A stretch of DNA of 64,000 nt, taken from the NCBI RefSeq assembly GCF_036321535.1, contig NC_087437.1:107882001-107946000 (forward strand), read 5' to 3'. The position numbers and the translations under genes were made by a program. Under the pieces are notes generated by a model, which was not told where the DNA came from, searched no databases, and worked only from the letters and a program-made list of their open reading frames with translations. The stretch comes from Camelus dromedarius (Eukaryota). Shown here piece by piece: positions 13,402-25,205 of this stretch; position 1 is the stretch's first letter; every line of letters begins with the position of its first letter.

Positions 13402-13883
13402 TGAGATAGGAGAGAAGGGGGCAGGGCACAACCATTAAAAGAATGACATAGCTGTTGAAGATACAACAAAAACTAGTTAGAACCAACTAAGTTCAGGATG
13501 GTGGAAGTTTTGGCTTCCAGTAGACCTTGAGCTTCACTATAGGCACATTGTAACACTTCAGCGTGCTAAATAACACACCCACAGGTGCCATGACAGTTCC
13601 CAAGGTGACCATAAGAGGCCAAAAATTGAGTGGGGGGCCAAATTCCTGGAAATCCCTGCCCTTTCCCCAAAACATTGGAGTAATCCTCCCACTTGTTAGG
13701 AAATGAAATTATCCAGACCATAAAAACAGACCACTCCCACAGGTTGGGTCTGCTCTCCCTTCTGAGATGGACTGCACTCTGTCTATGGAATGTGTATCTC
13801 TCCAAATAAACTTGCTTTCGCTTTACTACTGCTCACTCTTAAATTCTTTATTGTGTGAGGCAAAAACCTACCCTCTGGTAAAA
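13402..13883 (+). mobile_element. MER41-like ERV1 solo LTR
   Basis: Starts TG (tgagatagg); carries cacacccacaggtgccatgacagttccc...aattcctggaaatccctgccctttcccc, AATAAA near 13805 and cttaaattcttt...cctctggtaaaa terminus, as in MER41-family LTRs. Confidence 0.8.
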
Positions 13884-13959
13884 AAATCACGTACCTACCA
13901 GCCATAAAATCCTCCCATGACTAATCAATCCATCTCTGAATAACACCAAGACTTCAAAA

Positions 13960-14280
13960 CTCTGCAGTGCTTTAGTCCCAAGCGACCTCTCAGACCTCAT
14001 GTGATTCCCCACTGACTCCAGCCACACAGATCTTCTTACCCATAGGACTCCCTGCAGAGGCCCACTTCCTCAGCCTGGAAACTCATCCTTCAGATTGACA
14101 GTCACATACACCTCTCTCTCCCTTCATGACCTGCCTAAATGTTAGCTCTTCACTAAGCTTTGCTAAGGACTTCCCTAAAATTGGATCATATTCCTCTGTA
14201 CTCCAGCTTTGTTTCCTGAGTGGCCCATCACTGTCAAAATTATACATTTAATGTTTAGTCTTTCTCTCCCAGCCATTCAG
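13960..14280 (+). mobile_element. L2 fragment
   Basis: actccagccacacag...cctcagcctggaaac...ctaaatgttagctcttc resemble L2a 3' motifs. Confidence 0.6.
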
Positions 14281-14519
14281 ATGCAACACAACACACACAC
14301 ACACACACTCTCGCTCACACAATCTTTAAGATCTGACTGATTTGCAAATCAGACCTCTAATTGTGCAGTGAGGAAAACTAAATATACTGATCAGTATGTC
14401 CTTCTTAGCTTCTCTCTACACTGTTGATTACTCCAAGTTACTTCTTTTTCTTGACTTTTTTTTTCTGTGAGATGCTGTTTTCCCGCAGCTTCTGTTAATA
14501 TTCCTTCAAAGCTTTCTTC

Positions 14520-15362
14520 CAGACTTTGTGACTGCTCCTTTGCCACCATCAATTCCTTTGCATCTGTTTTCAAAATCAGTCCTGAATCTGATGACATGAC
14601 ACCGTGGTCACTACTACCACCCTGGTGCAAATCACCATCACCTCTCAGCACCTTACAGATCTTTCCTTCTTTCATCCTATTCTCAATGGAAAAGAGAAAG
14701 TAAACTTTCAAAAATACCAGTCAGCCTGAGTAATTCTTCTGCTGCAAGTGGCTTTCTCACTTACTCAAATCAAAAACACACATCCTCCTGTGCACCAGAA
14801 ATTAACACAATACTGTAAATTGACTATACTTCAATAAAATAGAAAAAAGCTTAAAAATTAAAAGTTAAGAAAAACCACAAATGTACAGTATGATTTAGGC
14901 ACATGAGTCCACTCTCCTTTTGCTCCTGGGTCTCATGTTCCCTTTTCTCCACCTTGGCTCTTTCCACTGTGGACCCGACATCTCCAGATCTTCTTCAGCC
15001 TCAGCGTTTTCAACCTGTTTTTTCTACCTGAGATATTCACATGGCTAGATATCAAATCTATTTCAGATCTTTTCTTAAATGTCACCTTCTCAGTGAGGGT
15101 TTCCCTGACACATATTTTATAAATTTTAACTTCTCCTCTACTGTTGACATTCCCTAGTCCCTTTTACTGCTTTACATTTCTTCCACACACTTACCACCTT
15201 CTACATAGAATATATCTTACATTTTCACAGATTGTAAACTTCATAAGGACAAGGATTTTTGTTTTGTGTTGTGTACAGACAACTTTCAGTGTTTAGAAGT
15301 ATGCCTAGAATATGGGAGGTACACAATAAATATTTACTGAATAAATGAATAAACAAATAAAC
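14520..15362 (+). mobile_element. L2a 3' region including terminus
   Basis: ctactaccaccctggtgcaaatcaccatc...aaatgtcaccttctcagtgagg...caataaatatttactgaataaatgaataa (L2 tail). Confidence 0.8.
14788..14875 (+). mobile_element. Very short L1 3' tip with A-rich tail inserted in L2
   Basis: ctgtgcaccagaaattaacacaatactgtaaattgactatacttcaataaaa is the artiodactyl-type L1 terminus. Confidence 0.8.
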
Positions 15363-15889
15363 TGATACTCAAGAACAAGGAATGTCAGACAAGAGAGAAA
15401 AAAAGTTTCTTAACAAAATAAAATCTAGAAATGTATTGAAAGTATTACACACACATAAGGGAACATACAAAATTTCCAGAAATTAGTTGTTTTATGATTC
15501 TTGATTCTAGTACATCGTGTGCATCATAACTACAATTTTATTTGAAATCAATACTCTAATTTAACTCATGTTAAGGTAAGGTAGATGGTAAATGTGTCCT
15601 TCATTTGGACATGAAATTTTATCAGTCTTCTCACAAGTTTTGCTTTCCTCATCTTTTCCACTTGGTAATAAGCTAAGCAATGAAGATAATTAATTGGGGG
15701 GGTGGAATGCTAAAGGGAATGACTTGTTTTTTTGCATTCTAGCCACAATCCATAACTGTGGTACTTTTGAATGTACAAATATCAGAAAATAAATGCATCA
15801 AAGTAAATGCCTCATATAATAAGTAGCTTTTCAGTAGAGACAATTGTTTGCTTTCATATCCATTGTATCTTTCATTCTATTTGTGATAG

Positions 15890-16269
15890 TTCGTTGTTTT
15901 AAGATCTAAAATTTTCCAGTCTTCCTTGCATTTAGATTTGCCAAGTGATATAGTTCTGGCCTTTAGAATGTGAATGACATTGATGTTCAGTTTCTGGATC
16001 TGATCTTAAAGGAAAGAGCGTGTACCCTCCGTGGCCCCTCTTCTCCATCCTGCAGTCTGTAATGCTGAATCAGCAGATGGTGTGTGTCTCACCTTTGACT
16101 TTTCCAAAGAGAAGAATAGAGTAGGTCATAGAAGAGCCCTGTCATTGACACCAGAAAGCCCTGGACACTCTATCTGGACACTTACATGACAGGGAACCAC
16201 AAGTCTACCTTTTTTTAAGCCAATACTTGATAGTCTCATGTACCAAACTAAACTTATCCAAATTAATAC
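15890..16269 (+). mobile_element. MaLR LTR (MLT1J-like)
   Basis: ttccagtcttccttgcatttag...agttctggcctttagaatgtga...tttaagcca...aattaatac. Confidence 0.7.
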
Positions 16270-16559
16270 TGTCCTGGGCTAAAAGTCATGACTCAGGGTT
16301 CTAGTTCTGGCTCTTTACTATCACGGTTACCATTATCAAGTAAATTGCTTGACACTGTTTCACCACTAATTAATCGTTTGTCCAATCAGTTACTGAATAT
16401 ATACCATATGTCAGTAAATGGACATTCCATTATGGATTTTGTGTTCTGTAAACAGATTTTCACTAAAAAATGCCATGCTCCCAGGATTAGAGGAGTCTCT
16501 ACACTCAATGTTTAGACCCCCTTGGCAACATGAGAAACAGGACATAAGACAGTGGGAGA

Positions 16560-16791
16560 ATCCCGTTGTGAAATGTGCATTGGCTTTGGAGTCAGATAAG
16601 CCATCCTCAGCCCATATCATCCATTTTTAATTGTGTAACATCGTGCAAGTTGCTTTATCTTTTTGCAGAAAAAAAATTTCATGTTTAAATGCAGATAAAG
16701 ATCTATTATGGGACTTCTTTAACAGAATAAATGAAGTAATAATGCAGAACACTTATCATAATGCCCAATAAAATTAGTGTTCATTATTATT
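16560..16791 (+). mobile_element. MIR
   Basis: ggctttggagtcagat...gcaagttgctttatct...aataaatgaagtaataatgcagaacactta. Confidence 0.75.
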
Positions 16792-18424
16792 ACAATTAAT
16801 TTCATTGCCCTAATCTTCCGGGTAATTAAAGTTGGAAAGAGATCTAGATTGAGTAAATGTATACAGTAACACAAATATGTTGCCTGAATTATACTAAAAC
16901 ACAGACTGTCTCTTCAATAGTATTATTTTCATGATCATAAGTCTCATTCATAACTGAATTGTTTTAATTTTGTAGATACCAATAAATATACATTTCCTAG
17001 ACTCCCCAGATGCCACCGAGCACCTACGATACTTGAGCTGGAACAATTATCCCATAAGGGGTAGTAAATTAGCACACCTAACTCAAACAGCAAAGTTCAC
17101 TCCTCTAGGGGATGGTATATGTATAACCTTGTCTTTGAAAGTTTCCCATTCAAGTTAGCACTAAACTAGATCCCTAGCATGCTGTAAGAGCACTCCAGGA
17201 GTTATATGAATCATCTTTGACTATTTGTGATTAGGGAAAAAAAAAAATCCTTCAACACTTCATTCAAACCAGGTCACAAGTCCCAGAGGTCTGACCAAAT
17301 TCCAAATTAAATAATAACATTCTGCTCTACATACCAAACTTTCCTTCACAGAAGAGAAAAATAGCAATTTCCATCCAACTTCTCATGAGATTTTTAGAAA
17401 GCAACTATATGTCCAAGGACAAGGCAGAGACAGAAACTAGACTCACAACGCAAAGCATTCCACCAGGTGAAGAATAAGCACGGGTGCCAGCGAATGGAAG
17501 AGTAAATCACGCTCAAAACCTTAATGAACCGCGTGGCCTAAGAGCTGGCACGGAGGAGCTATGACATGAAAGAAATCTAAAATGCAAGCAGTTTCCAAAA
17601 GAGAGTCTTATGTCATAGAAAGGCATTAAGACTTTTATTCAGAGGATTTTTCCATTGGCTGAAGAGGCAGATTTGCCCTGAGTAATGTGTTCATGACGAG
17701 AAATTTAATAACAAGGATGAAACCGTTTTACTAGGAAGGATTCAAGAGTGCAGAGCCTTGTTATGAAGATACCACCAAGAAAGAATGCATTTCCTCACAT
17801 GTGTCTTCAGTTACAGCCTGCATTTCTGATGAAAACAAGGTTGCTAGCTGATCACTAATGGTAGCTTTTCTGTGCCATTGATTCAATTTGCTTTATATTA
17901 AATTCTAGTCCTAATCAATTATAATAATTCTAGGAAAAGACTCAAGTAATGTTTCTCATAAATAAAGTGATTCATTACTAAGTAAGAATGCATGATGATA
18001 CATGAGAAAAGAAAATGTTTAAACTGTTACAAAAACAAATCATCCTCATCATCTCCTTTAAAAACCGATTATGTACTGTTTTAGGGGACAAACATTAAAA
18101 AGTCAATAGACAGAAACTATTTTATACACTGAAATTACTAACATGTTTGAGAAAACTTCAGATTCTTTAGAATTTTACATTAAAATGTAATAGATTTATC
18201 ATCACATATCATTACATCTTATCCTTTACACATACAGGTGTATTGGCCACAATTGGCTTTTAACCCTCAAAGAGTATCAAATATTTTATTCAGAAAGGAA
18301 ATCACAACTCTCATGAAGGTCGTGGATTTCAATTTCTGATGCTTCTTTAAACCTTGAAGAACTCGAAGTGCTGAACATAAAAATAATTAAATAAATAAAA
18401 ACAACGTTTGTAGTTTTGAAGTGT

Positions 18425-18576
18425 TCAAAGACCTGAGAACAATTCTAATACTTGGGCCTTATTCCCGGAAAATATAAAATCAGAATAAAGAGGTAGAAAG
18501 CTGGCCATCAGCAAATTTTTTTTTTAACTTCCCCAAGTGTGCATGTTGGCATCTTGGATTGAGAACTACTGCTCTA
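18425..18576. mobile_element. MER5A-like hAT-Charlie MITE
   Basis: gggccttattccc...aatcagaat...ccccaagtg...ttgagaactactgctcta. Confidence 0.6.
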
Positions 18577-19513
18577 AAGAATGTTTTACATGTAAAATAT
18601 GCACACAGGGGCCAAGCTCCTGTTCTAACAATCTAATTAATTGTTATGAAACAGTGAGGGGTTCATACTCTTGAAAACGACGGTGTGAACACGGGTCTCT
18701 CCCTCACCATCCCGGTGACAGTTGCTAATAAAGTCTTTGAAGTTAAACTCCATGAAAGGGCAATGCAAAAATCTCTTTTATAACTGGAAATGAATCAGAC
18801 AAGCTTCTCAGCTACTCCCTAACCAAATTCCAGTAAAGCTCATATTATTTGGCTTTTGGCTCTTTTTCCCTAACTCCTGTTGCGACTAAATTCTGCTTCA
18901 GTCCTATCCAAATTACCACTCTCGAAAGATTCTGCTTAGCAAAGAACTTTTCGAGCTATATTATCAATTCTTTTCAAAGTGGCACTTTGGAGCCTGGAAA
19001 AAATATCATTTTAATACTAAAAATCCCTCTAGTAATTCAATTACTTTGGGATTTTGTCATATGTGTGAAAAGAGTATTTAGCTCCAAGAATAGGCAGTCT
19101 TCTAAGGTAGGGTAATTTTGCTAGGTTGTTTTTTTTTTTTTTTTTTTGTGGTGAGTATTTTCATTTAAAGTTCAAAACAAGTTCAGCAAATTAGAATCCC
19201 AGATTAATAAGAATTGAAATTTATCCTCATTTTTATTATTAAAAGGTAAAATTAAGCCATTGAATTTCCCTTCAGGAGGCTCCCCTGTAGCTAATAAAGT
19301 TAAAAGCTGTAAACAAAACATTTCACTTGTTTTTCCTTTAACAGTAAAAAGTATACAAATGATTCAGTTAAAGCTTTATTCTTGCTTGAGTTTCTAGAAT
19401 GCTTCTAACCTGAGGCTGCCCGTAAGGTGTTTTATCACAACATCTGGAAGTAATCATCTGCACACTCTTAACATTAGCCCGTGTCTAATCTTTTGTTCTG
19501 CTCCTTTCCTCCT

Positions 19514-20310
19514 TCATTCATTCAACTCATGCTTTTTTAAATTTTTATTTATTTATTTATTTATTTTTAAATTGAAGTCTAGTCAGTTACAATGTGTCAG
19601 TTTCTAGTGTACAGCATAATGTCCCAGCCATGCATATATATACATATATTCATTTTCATATTCTTTTTCATTAAGGGTTATTACAAGATATTGAATACAG
19701 TTCCCTGTGCTATACAGAAGAAATCTGTTTATCTATTTTTATATATAGTGGTTAACCTTTGCAAATGCTTTTTAAACATTTCTGTACCTGGTGCATTGAA
19801 AATACAACAAAAACACAACAGGAAAAAAAACAAAACAAAACTCTGTATTCACAGAGTTTGTACTTTTATGTTATAGACTGAAAATAAACACTGTAAGTTC
19901 TAGATATCAGATAATAAATGGTAAAAGAAAAACGTGAGGGAATAGGGTGTTAAGAAATTTGGGGCAGCACATGTGGCGGGTCACAGTACAGTGCTGGACC
20001 TTAGTGGCACTTGAGTGGGAAGTTGAAGTCTAAGTCAAGAACTAAAAGAGAAAGGATGGATGCTGTGCTATCTGGGGAAAGAAATTCCAAGTGGAGCTGG
20101 GTTTGAGGAACAGCTACAAGGTCAGTGTCCAAAGAGATGAGGACAGAAAGCATGGGGGCAGATCATGGAGGGTCTTTTGCCTCGCAGTAAGAAATTTGGT
20201 TTTTAAGTGACATGGGAAATCACAAGGTTGTTTGAACAATTGAGTAAAGTGACTTGATTTGTGGTTTAACAAGATTGCTTTGGGTAATATATTGAGACAA
20301 GAAAGTAGTG
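19514..20310 (-). mobile_element. L2a 3' region (split by an L1 insertion)
   Basis: Begins ttcattcattcaac (L2 tail reversed); ggcagatcatggagggtctt...gtgacttgatttgtggtttaacaagattgctttggg. Confidence 0.8.
19542..19764 (-). mobile_element. Short camelid-type L1 3' end with (TTTA)n tail
   Basis: ttgaagtctagtcagttacaatgtgtcagtttctagtgtacagcataatgtcccag...; TSD atgcttttttaaa (19529-19541) / atgctttttaaa (19765-19776). Confidence 0.9.
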
Positions 20311-20347
20311 AGAGAGAGTAAAAGAGACAGAGAGAGAGAGAGAGAGA
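20310..20347. repeat. Imperfect (GA)n
   Basis: Direct read. Confidence 0.8.
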
Positions 20348-20364
20348 ACATACATTTCTTTGAG

Positions 20365-21690
20365 AAAATTTTTGTCTGATGTTTAACACAAACACAAGAA
20401 ACTGCTCAGATCATAAATGCTTAACTAGAGGAGATTTTCCAAACTGAACCCATGAGTTTCTCAGTTGTCCAGAACCAAAAAGTGTTACTAAAGCCTCCTC
20501 TGTTGTCCCCTCTGTAAGTATCTCTTCCGCTCCTGCCCAGATATAACCACTGTGCTGACCTGTCACAACATATATTGGTTTTGCATGTTTTAAAATGTTT
20601 TGCAAATTAAAGCATGCAACATTAAACTATTTCCTGTCTAGAACTTTTTGATAAAATTATGTTTGTGAAATTTTTCCTTCTTACTATATACAGTAATAGT
20701 TTAATTGGTTGATGCAATTGTAATAGACCTCTAATATGTTTGTGCAATTGATGCTTGTTAATTAATCTTGTATCCTGAAGATGGCAAAACTCACTAATTC
20801 AAATAATGAATCACTAGGTTCTTTTGGATTTTCTAGGTAAAACTGAAGTTCGCCTCTGAAAAATGACAATATTTTTTTCTGCTTTCCCATCTTTATAAGT
20901 CATTTATTTTTCTTTTGTCTGGCCCTGAAGAGCTTTCAACATTAAAAGTGAATGATGACAGAAGACATCCTTGACTGCTATGTAATTTGATAAATTTTCA
21001 ATATTTTAATAGCAAGTATGATATTTGTGCTACTTTATTTTTAATTACCTATGTCAGGTTAAAGAAATTCTCTTCTATTCCAATTTATTATATAAGTTTA
21101 CAACAAATGGGAGTAAAATTTTGTCAATTTTTTTCTGCCACATTGAAACAATCTTATGATTCTTTTCTCATTCTGTGAATGCAGTGACTTGCATAAATTA
21201 ATTATCTAGTGTTAAACCAACCTTGCATTCTTTGAATAAATGCTATTTAATACTGAAAGACACTACTGATTTAATATTGCTGCATTTGGTTTGCTTATAT
21301 TTTGTTTAGGATATCTGCATATATGTTCATTAAAAAAAAGCTGAACTGTAATTTTCCATTCCTATAATATCTATGTCTGTTTTTAAGAAGTATAGGCCTC
21401 ATAAAATATATTGGAGTATATTTTCTTTTTTCTCTTATTTGGAAGATTTTGGTTTGTATGGACTGATGTTATATTTTCCCTTAAATATTTGGAAGCATGT
21501 ATTGATATAGCCATCTGGGTCTAGAATGCTCTTGGTACAATGGTTTTAAATTATGAGCTCAATTTTTAAAATAGATCTAGGACTGTTCACATTTTTATTT
21601 CTCCTTGTGTCACCTAGGAATCTGCCTATTTCATCTAAAATTTCTAATTTATTGGCTCAAATGTATTGGTATTAATAACCCTATCTAATA
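20365..21690 (-). mobile_element. Ancient L1 (L1ME-like) 3' UTR and ORF2 fragments
   Basis: ataaccactgtgctgacct...; taatcttgtatcctg...ggattttctagg...; gttaaaccaaccttgcattc; gccatctgggtctag. Confidence 0.8.
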
Positions 21691-21784
21691 TTCAACTATA
21701 GTAAAATAAATCTTTTTACATAGACTTGTGTTCTTGAGTCAGTCTCCTAGTTATTCCTAAGTAATGACTATATGGTTTAAGATT

Positions 21785-21850
21785 CTGCATATGGCCTTGC
21801 AGGCTGAGCACTCCACAACCCTGGGGGAGGGAATTAACTGTGTACTACAA
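21785..21850. mobile_element. MER91-like hAT-Tip100 half element
   Basis: tgcaggctgagcactccacaaccctggggg resembles the MER91 arm tgcaggttgtgcactgcacaactccagggg. Confidence 0.45.
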
Positions 21851-22130
21851 TGTTGGGCTGGTATGGGGCCACATTTCCCAATGGACAGAGTTAAGGTAAG
21901 AAAGGTCATTACTCATACACAGCACACTCACAGGTATATCTGGGCAATGTGGCTGCTGGGTTCTCTCTACAGCAGACAGAATAAGGAGGATGTGTTTCAG
22001 CAAGCCCACCTTGTCCAACTTCACCATATTGGAAGGGCAAACCTCAGGACAATGGGTCAGCTAAATTCAACTCTGGTTGGAAGCTTTGAAGCTCCATCAC
22101 ATTCCTCCATCTATTTGTTGCTAAAGGGAT
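21851..22130 (-). mobile_element. Possible old ERVL-type LTR fragment
   Basis: Starts tgttggg (a ...CA terminus on the minus strand) with LTR-like composition; family not recognised. Confidence 0.3.
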
Positions 22131-22949
22131 CAATGTAACAGAGACTATGGATACTGTGAATAAATCTTATGCCATAATACCCATTTGACAACAGTTCTTT
22201 ACTTGTAAACACCATGGTCCTATATACGCTGGAGAGAAAGGCACATGAGTAGTAGGCTTCCACTTCCAAACTCACCTGAAATGTCATATGATAATAAATA
22301 GCCAGCACTCCAAAAACATAAGGTTCTTTATTTGGTGGAAACTAGAATATTTAAAAATTGTGTACAAAGTAGCTAACTGCTCTAAAAATAGCATATTAAC
22401 AATGGCGAGAAGAAATATGTTGATAAACATATTTTAAGAAGGTGTTTAGGTCAATGGGAGAAAGAGATTGAAATAGTTTTTGTAAGATATGAGTATATTG
22501 AGTAATTATTTTATATGGAAGAGGATTTACAAGCAATGTGAGTTGTGCAAGGGTTGCAATTTTCACTTTGTAACTGTCACCAAAAAAAGGGGCAGCCCCT
22601 TTAAAAAAAACGAAATCACTTTTTGGCTTTTGAATTGAGACGCCGGGAAAGGGTTGCTTATTTAGTAAATCAGTAGACATTTATTGATCATCAACTGGGG
22701 CAGAGAGCACAACATTCAAAGTTTCTCACTCCTTTACGATTTAGACGCTCTCGTTGACTGCAGAAGTCAGTGTAACAGCTGGTTTGCTTTTATTTCATTA
22801 TTCACTGTGACCACTTCCAGAAATGTTAACAGAGCCAAAATAAAACAGGAAATCCCCACTCAGAGAGCACGAAGATTGACGAAAAGTTGCCGAATGGGAA
22901 ACCAGGAGTTGGGTCATCATTTTTACACTTCAGCACATCAAATGCTTAT

Positions 22950-23330
22950 TCACATGACATTCTATGAAATACCTGACTAGTACTCTCCAAAACTGTTAAG
23001 GTCGTCAAAAACAAGGAAAATCTGAGGAACTGTCATGGCCAAGACGAGCCTAAGGAGACATGACTAAGTAAAATGGCCTATCCAAATGGGATCTTGGAAC
23101 AGAAAGACAATGACTTAGGTAAAAAATTATGGAAATTAATCTGAATCAAATGTGAACTATAGTTAATAATAATGTATCATTATTCATGCATTAATCATGA
23201 CAAATGTATCATACTAGTGCGAGATGTTAATAAAAGGGGAATATGGATGTGGGGTAAATCAGAACTCTCTGTACTATTTCACAACTTTTCTGTAAATCTA
23301 AGTCAGTCCTAAAATAGTATTTTAAAAATA
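22950..23330 (+). mobile_element. L1MC-type 3' UTR
   Basis: aaaactgttaaggtcgtcaaaaacaaggaaaatctgaggaactgtc...gaactctctgtactatttcacaacttttctgtaaatctaa. Confidence 0.85.
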
Positions 23331-23687
23331 ATAGTCAGACAAGTATACTCACCAAAAACAAAGTTAAATTAACTTCATCTCAACTTCTATAGCATTAGTA
23401 TGCATATATCTAATAAACTATCTGGCTGTGGCCATATATTTACATGATCTCTCATTTTATATATACTAATTACAGAACAACTCATGGCTATTTAGTTAAG
23501 TGTCTGTCTGGGAAGATGTTTAATATTAATTCAGTAATTTCCATTGAGTGCCTACCATGTATAAGAAAATATATTCTAAACATTTTGGTACATTCTCCAG
23601 TAAATCAGAAACAAATCTTTCTTTAATCAAGTAAAGGACATAAGAAACATACAAGAATCTACAATACAACCTTGGAAGTTGTAAGAC

Positions 23688-23750
23688 TGTAGTGGATGCC
23701 CTAGTATGTCACCCAGATCCTGCCTTTAAGACAGAGGCATCCATTCCTGC
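23688..23750 (+). mobile_element. LTR16-like ERVL LTR 5' fragment
   Basis: tgtagtggatgcc...cacccagatcctgccttta resembles the LTR16 start. Confidence 0.5.
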
Positions 23751-24390
23751 CCCTGTCATATCAGTAAACTTTTTCGGGTTAAGTGATCTTGGGCATTCCA
23801 AGAAATACCTTCCAAAGAAAAGAACAGATTATTGCATCCTGTCCCCACCAGCACTAAAAAAGAAGACTAAATCTTGTACCTATGTAAACTCTAGGTACCC
23901 TAGAGTTTGGGAGGCACCATATGCTGCATTTGAATATACTGTTTCTGTGGATATTTTTTTGGTTGGCAATGGAAGGCTCTGAGTAAACCAGAGCAAGAAA
24001 AGACCCTGCAGTGGATTGTAGGCCAGCATCTCTGCCAACCAGTCATTTAAGACCTGGGAGTTTCTATTGTTCTAGAGGTCCCTGTAGTGGAGAAGGATAC
24101 CCTGGGGAGTTTATGCCTAGTCTCAATAAGGGAATAAAAATATAGAACCTTAACATATGCATAGAAGCTATATGCAGTAGAAAACTAAGTGTCACTTGAA
24201 AAGTAACTTTTGTCATGCTCCTGGGATGTGTAGAGACCAAATGTCCATGGAAAGCAAGGAACTGTTCAATCAGAGCTGCCCAACACAAGGTGTGTTCTAT
24301 CAGCCTAACTCTGTCACAAGATTGGATGGCCCAGCAGCAATCCAGCCTAAGATGAAAGTGATGAGTAAGTCCTAGACGTCTTATGTACAA
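23750..24390 (+). pseudogene. Degenerate ERVL (class III ERV) pol relic, RT thumb/connection/RNase H region
   Basis: Peptide PVISVNFFG resembles ERVL PSTSVKFLG; nucleotide blocks ttattgcatcctgtccccaccagcactaaaaagaag, tttgggaggcaccatat, ccagagcaagaaaagaccctgcag and gcccagcagcaatcc lie in the ERVL pol order; frameshifted. Confidence 0.7.
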
Positions 24391-24404
24391 CAGAGTGCCT
24401 CTCC

Positions 24405-24645
24405 TTAACACCACCATATTGTATACTTAAAAGTTTGCTAAGAGGGTAGATCTTTGGGGATAGTTCTTATCATCAAAAAAAAAAAAAAAACTAAATAAAA
24501 CAAAAGGACACAGGAGGAAACTTTTGAGGTGATGGATATATTTATGGCATTAATTGTGGTGATGGCTGCTTGGATGTATATTTATATCCAAAGTTATCAG
24601 GTTGTATACATTAAATATGTACAGCTCTTCATACCTCAAAAAAGG
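24405..24645 (+). mobile_element. L1MA/MB-type 3' end
   Basis: tgtatacttaaaagtttgctaagagggtagatctt...ggaaacttttgaggtgatggata...gttgtatacattaaatatgtacagct. Confidence 0.85.
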
Positions 24646-24646
24646 C

Positions 24647-24647
<1 letters not shown>

Positions 24648-24683
<36 letters not shown>
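24648..24683. repeat. (TG)18 microsatellite
   Basis: Direct read, perfect. Confidence 0.95.
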
Positions 24684-24687
<4 letters not shown>

Positions 24688-24699
24688 AAGTTAACATAA

Positions 24700-25205
24700 G
24701 GAGCTGCTCATTGGGTTATGAAGAACTAGAAAGGTAAAAAGTTAAAAGTATTCCAGAGACAGCAGCTGTAGGAAGAAAGTATTACCCCTAGGGCTTGTAG
24801 GGCAAAGAGAGGCACTTGAAATTATTACAATTTAGGATCTTGGGGAAAGTGCCCCAGAAAACTGAAATTCAGATCTCCAAGGAAGGAGGATCATCAGCCA
24901 GTGCATGTGTCTCAGAGGAAAACCAAGGAGGTATGGTTATGAGTGCGGGAAAGACCACAATGCTACTATTGGAATAACAGCCACTGCAGGATGAGGAAGT
25001 GTTCTTGGGGTGATGCTGATAGAAATAGGAAGCAAAAACTGGAAAAGTAAACAAATAGCCTCCTCAACCAATTCAACGTCTCTCTCCGGTGACACCTACT
25101 GGCCGACCTTAGTAGTGAGCCACTTGCCAAGGCAGAAATGAGGTTCCCAGAGGCCAGGCTAGTATCACAGTCAAGTATAGAAGGGTGGATTTGTATAGGC
25201 ACACT
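24700..25205 (-). mobile_element. Ancient LTR (LTR78-like)
   Basis: cctactggccgacctt...cttgccaaggcagaaatg...gtatcacagtcaagtatagaagggtggatttg. Confidence 0.5.

Noticed and set aside
23886..23908. Inverted repeat aaactctagg-tac-cctagagttt in the ERVL relic
   Set aside because: One 10-bp-arm hairpin in 64 kb is near chance; too short for a miRNA precursor
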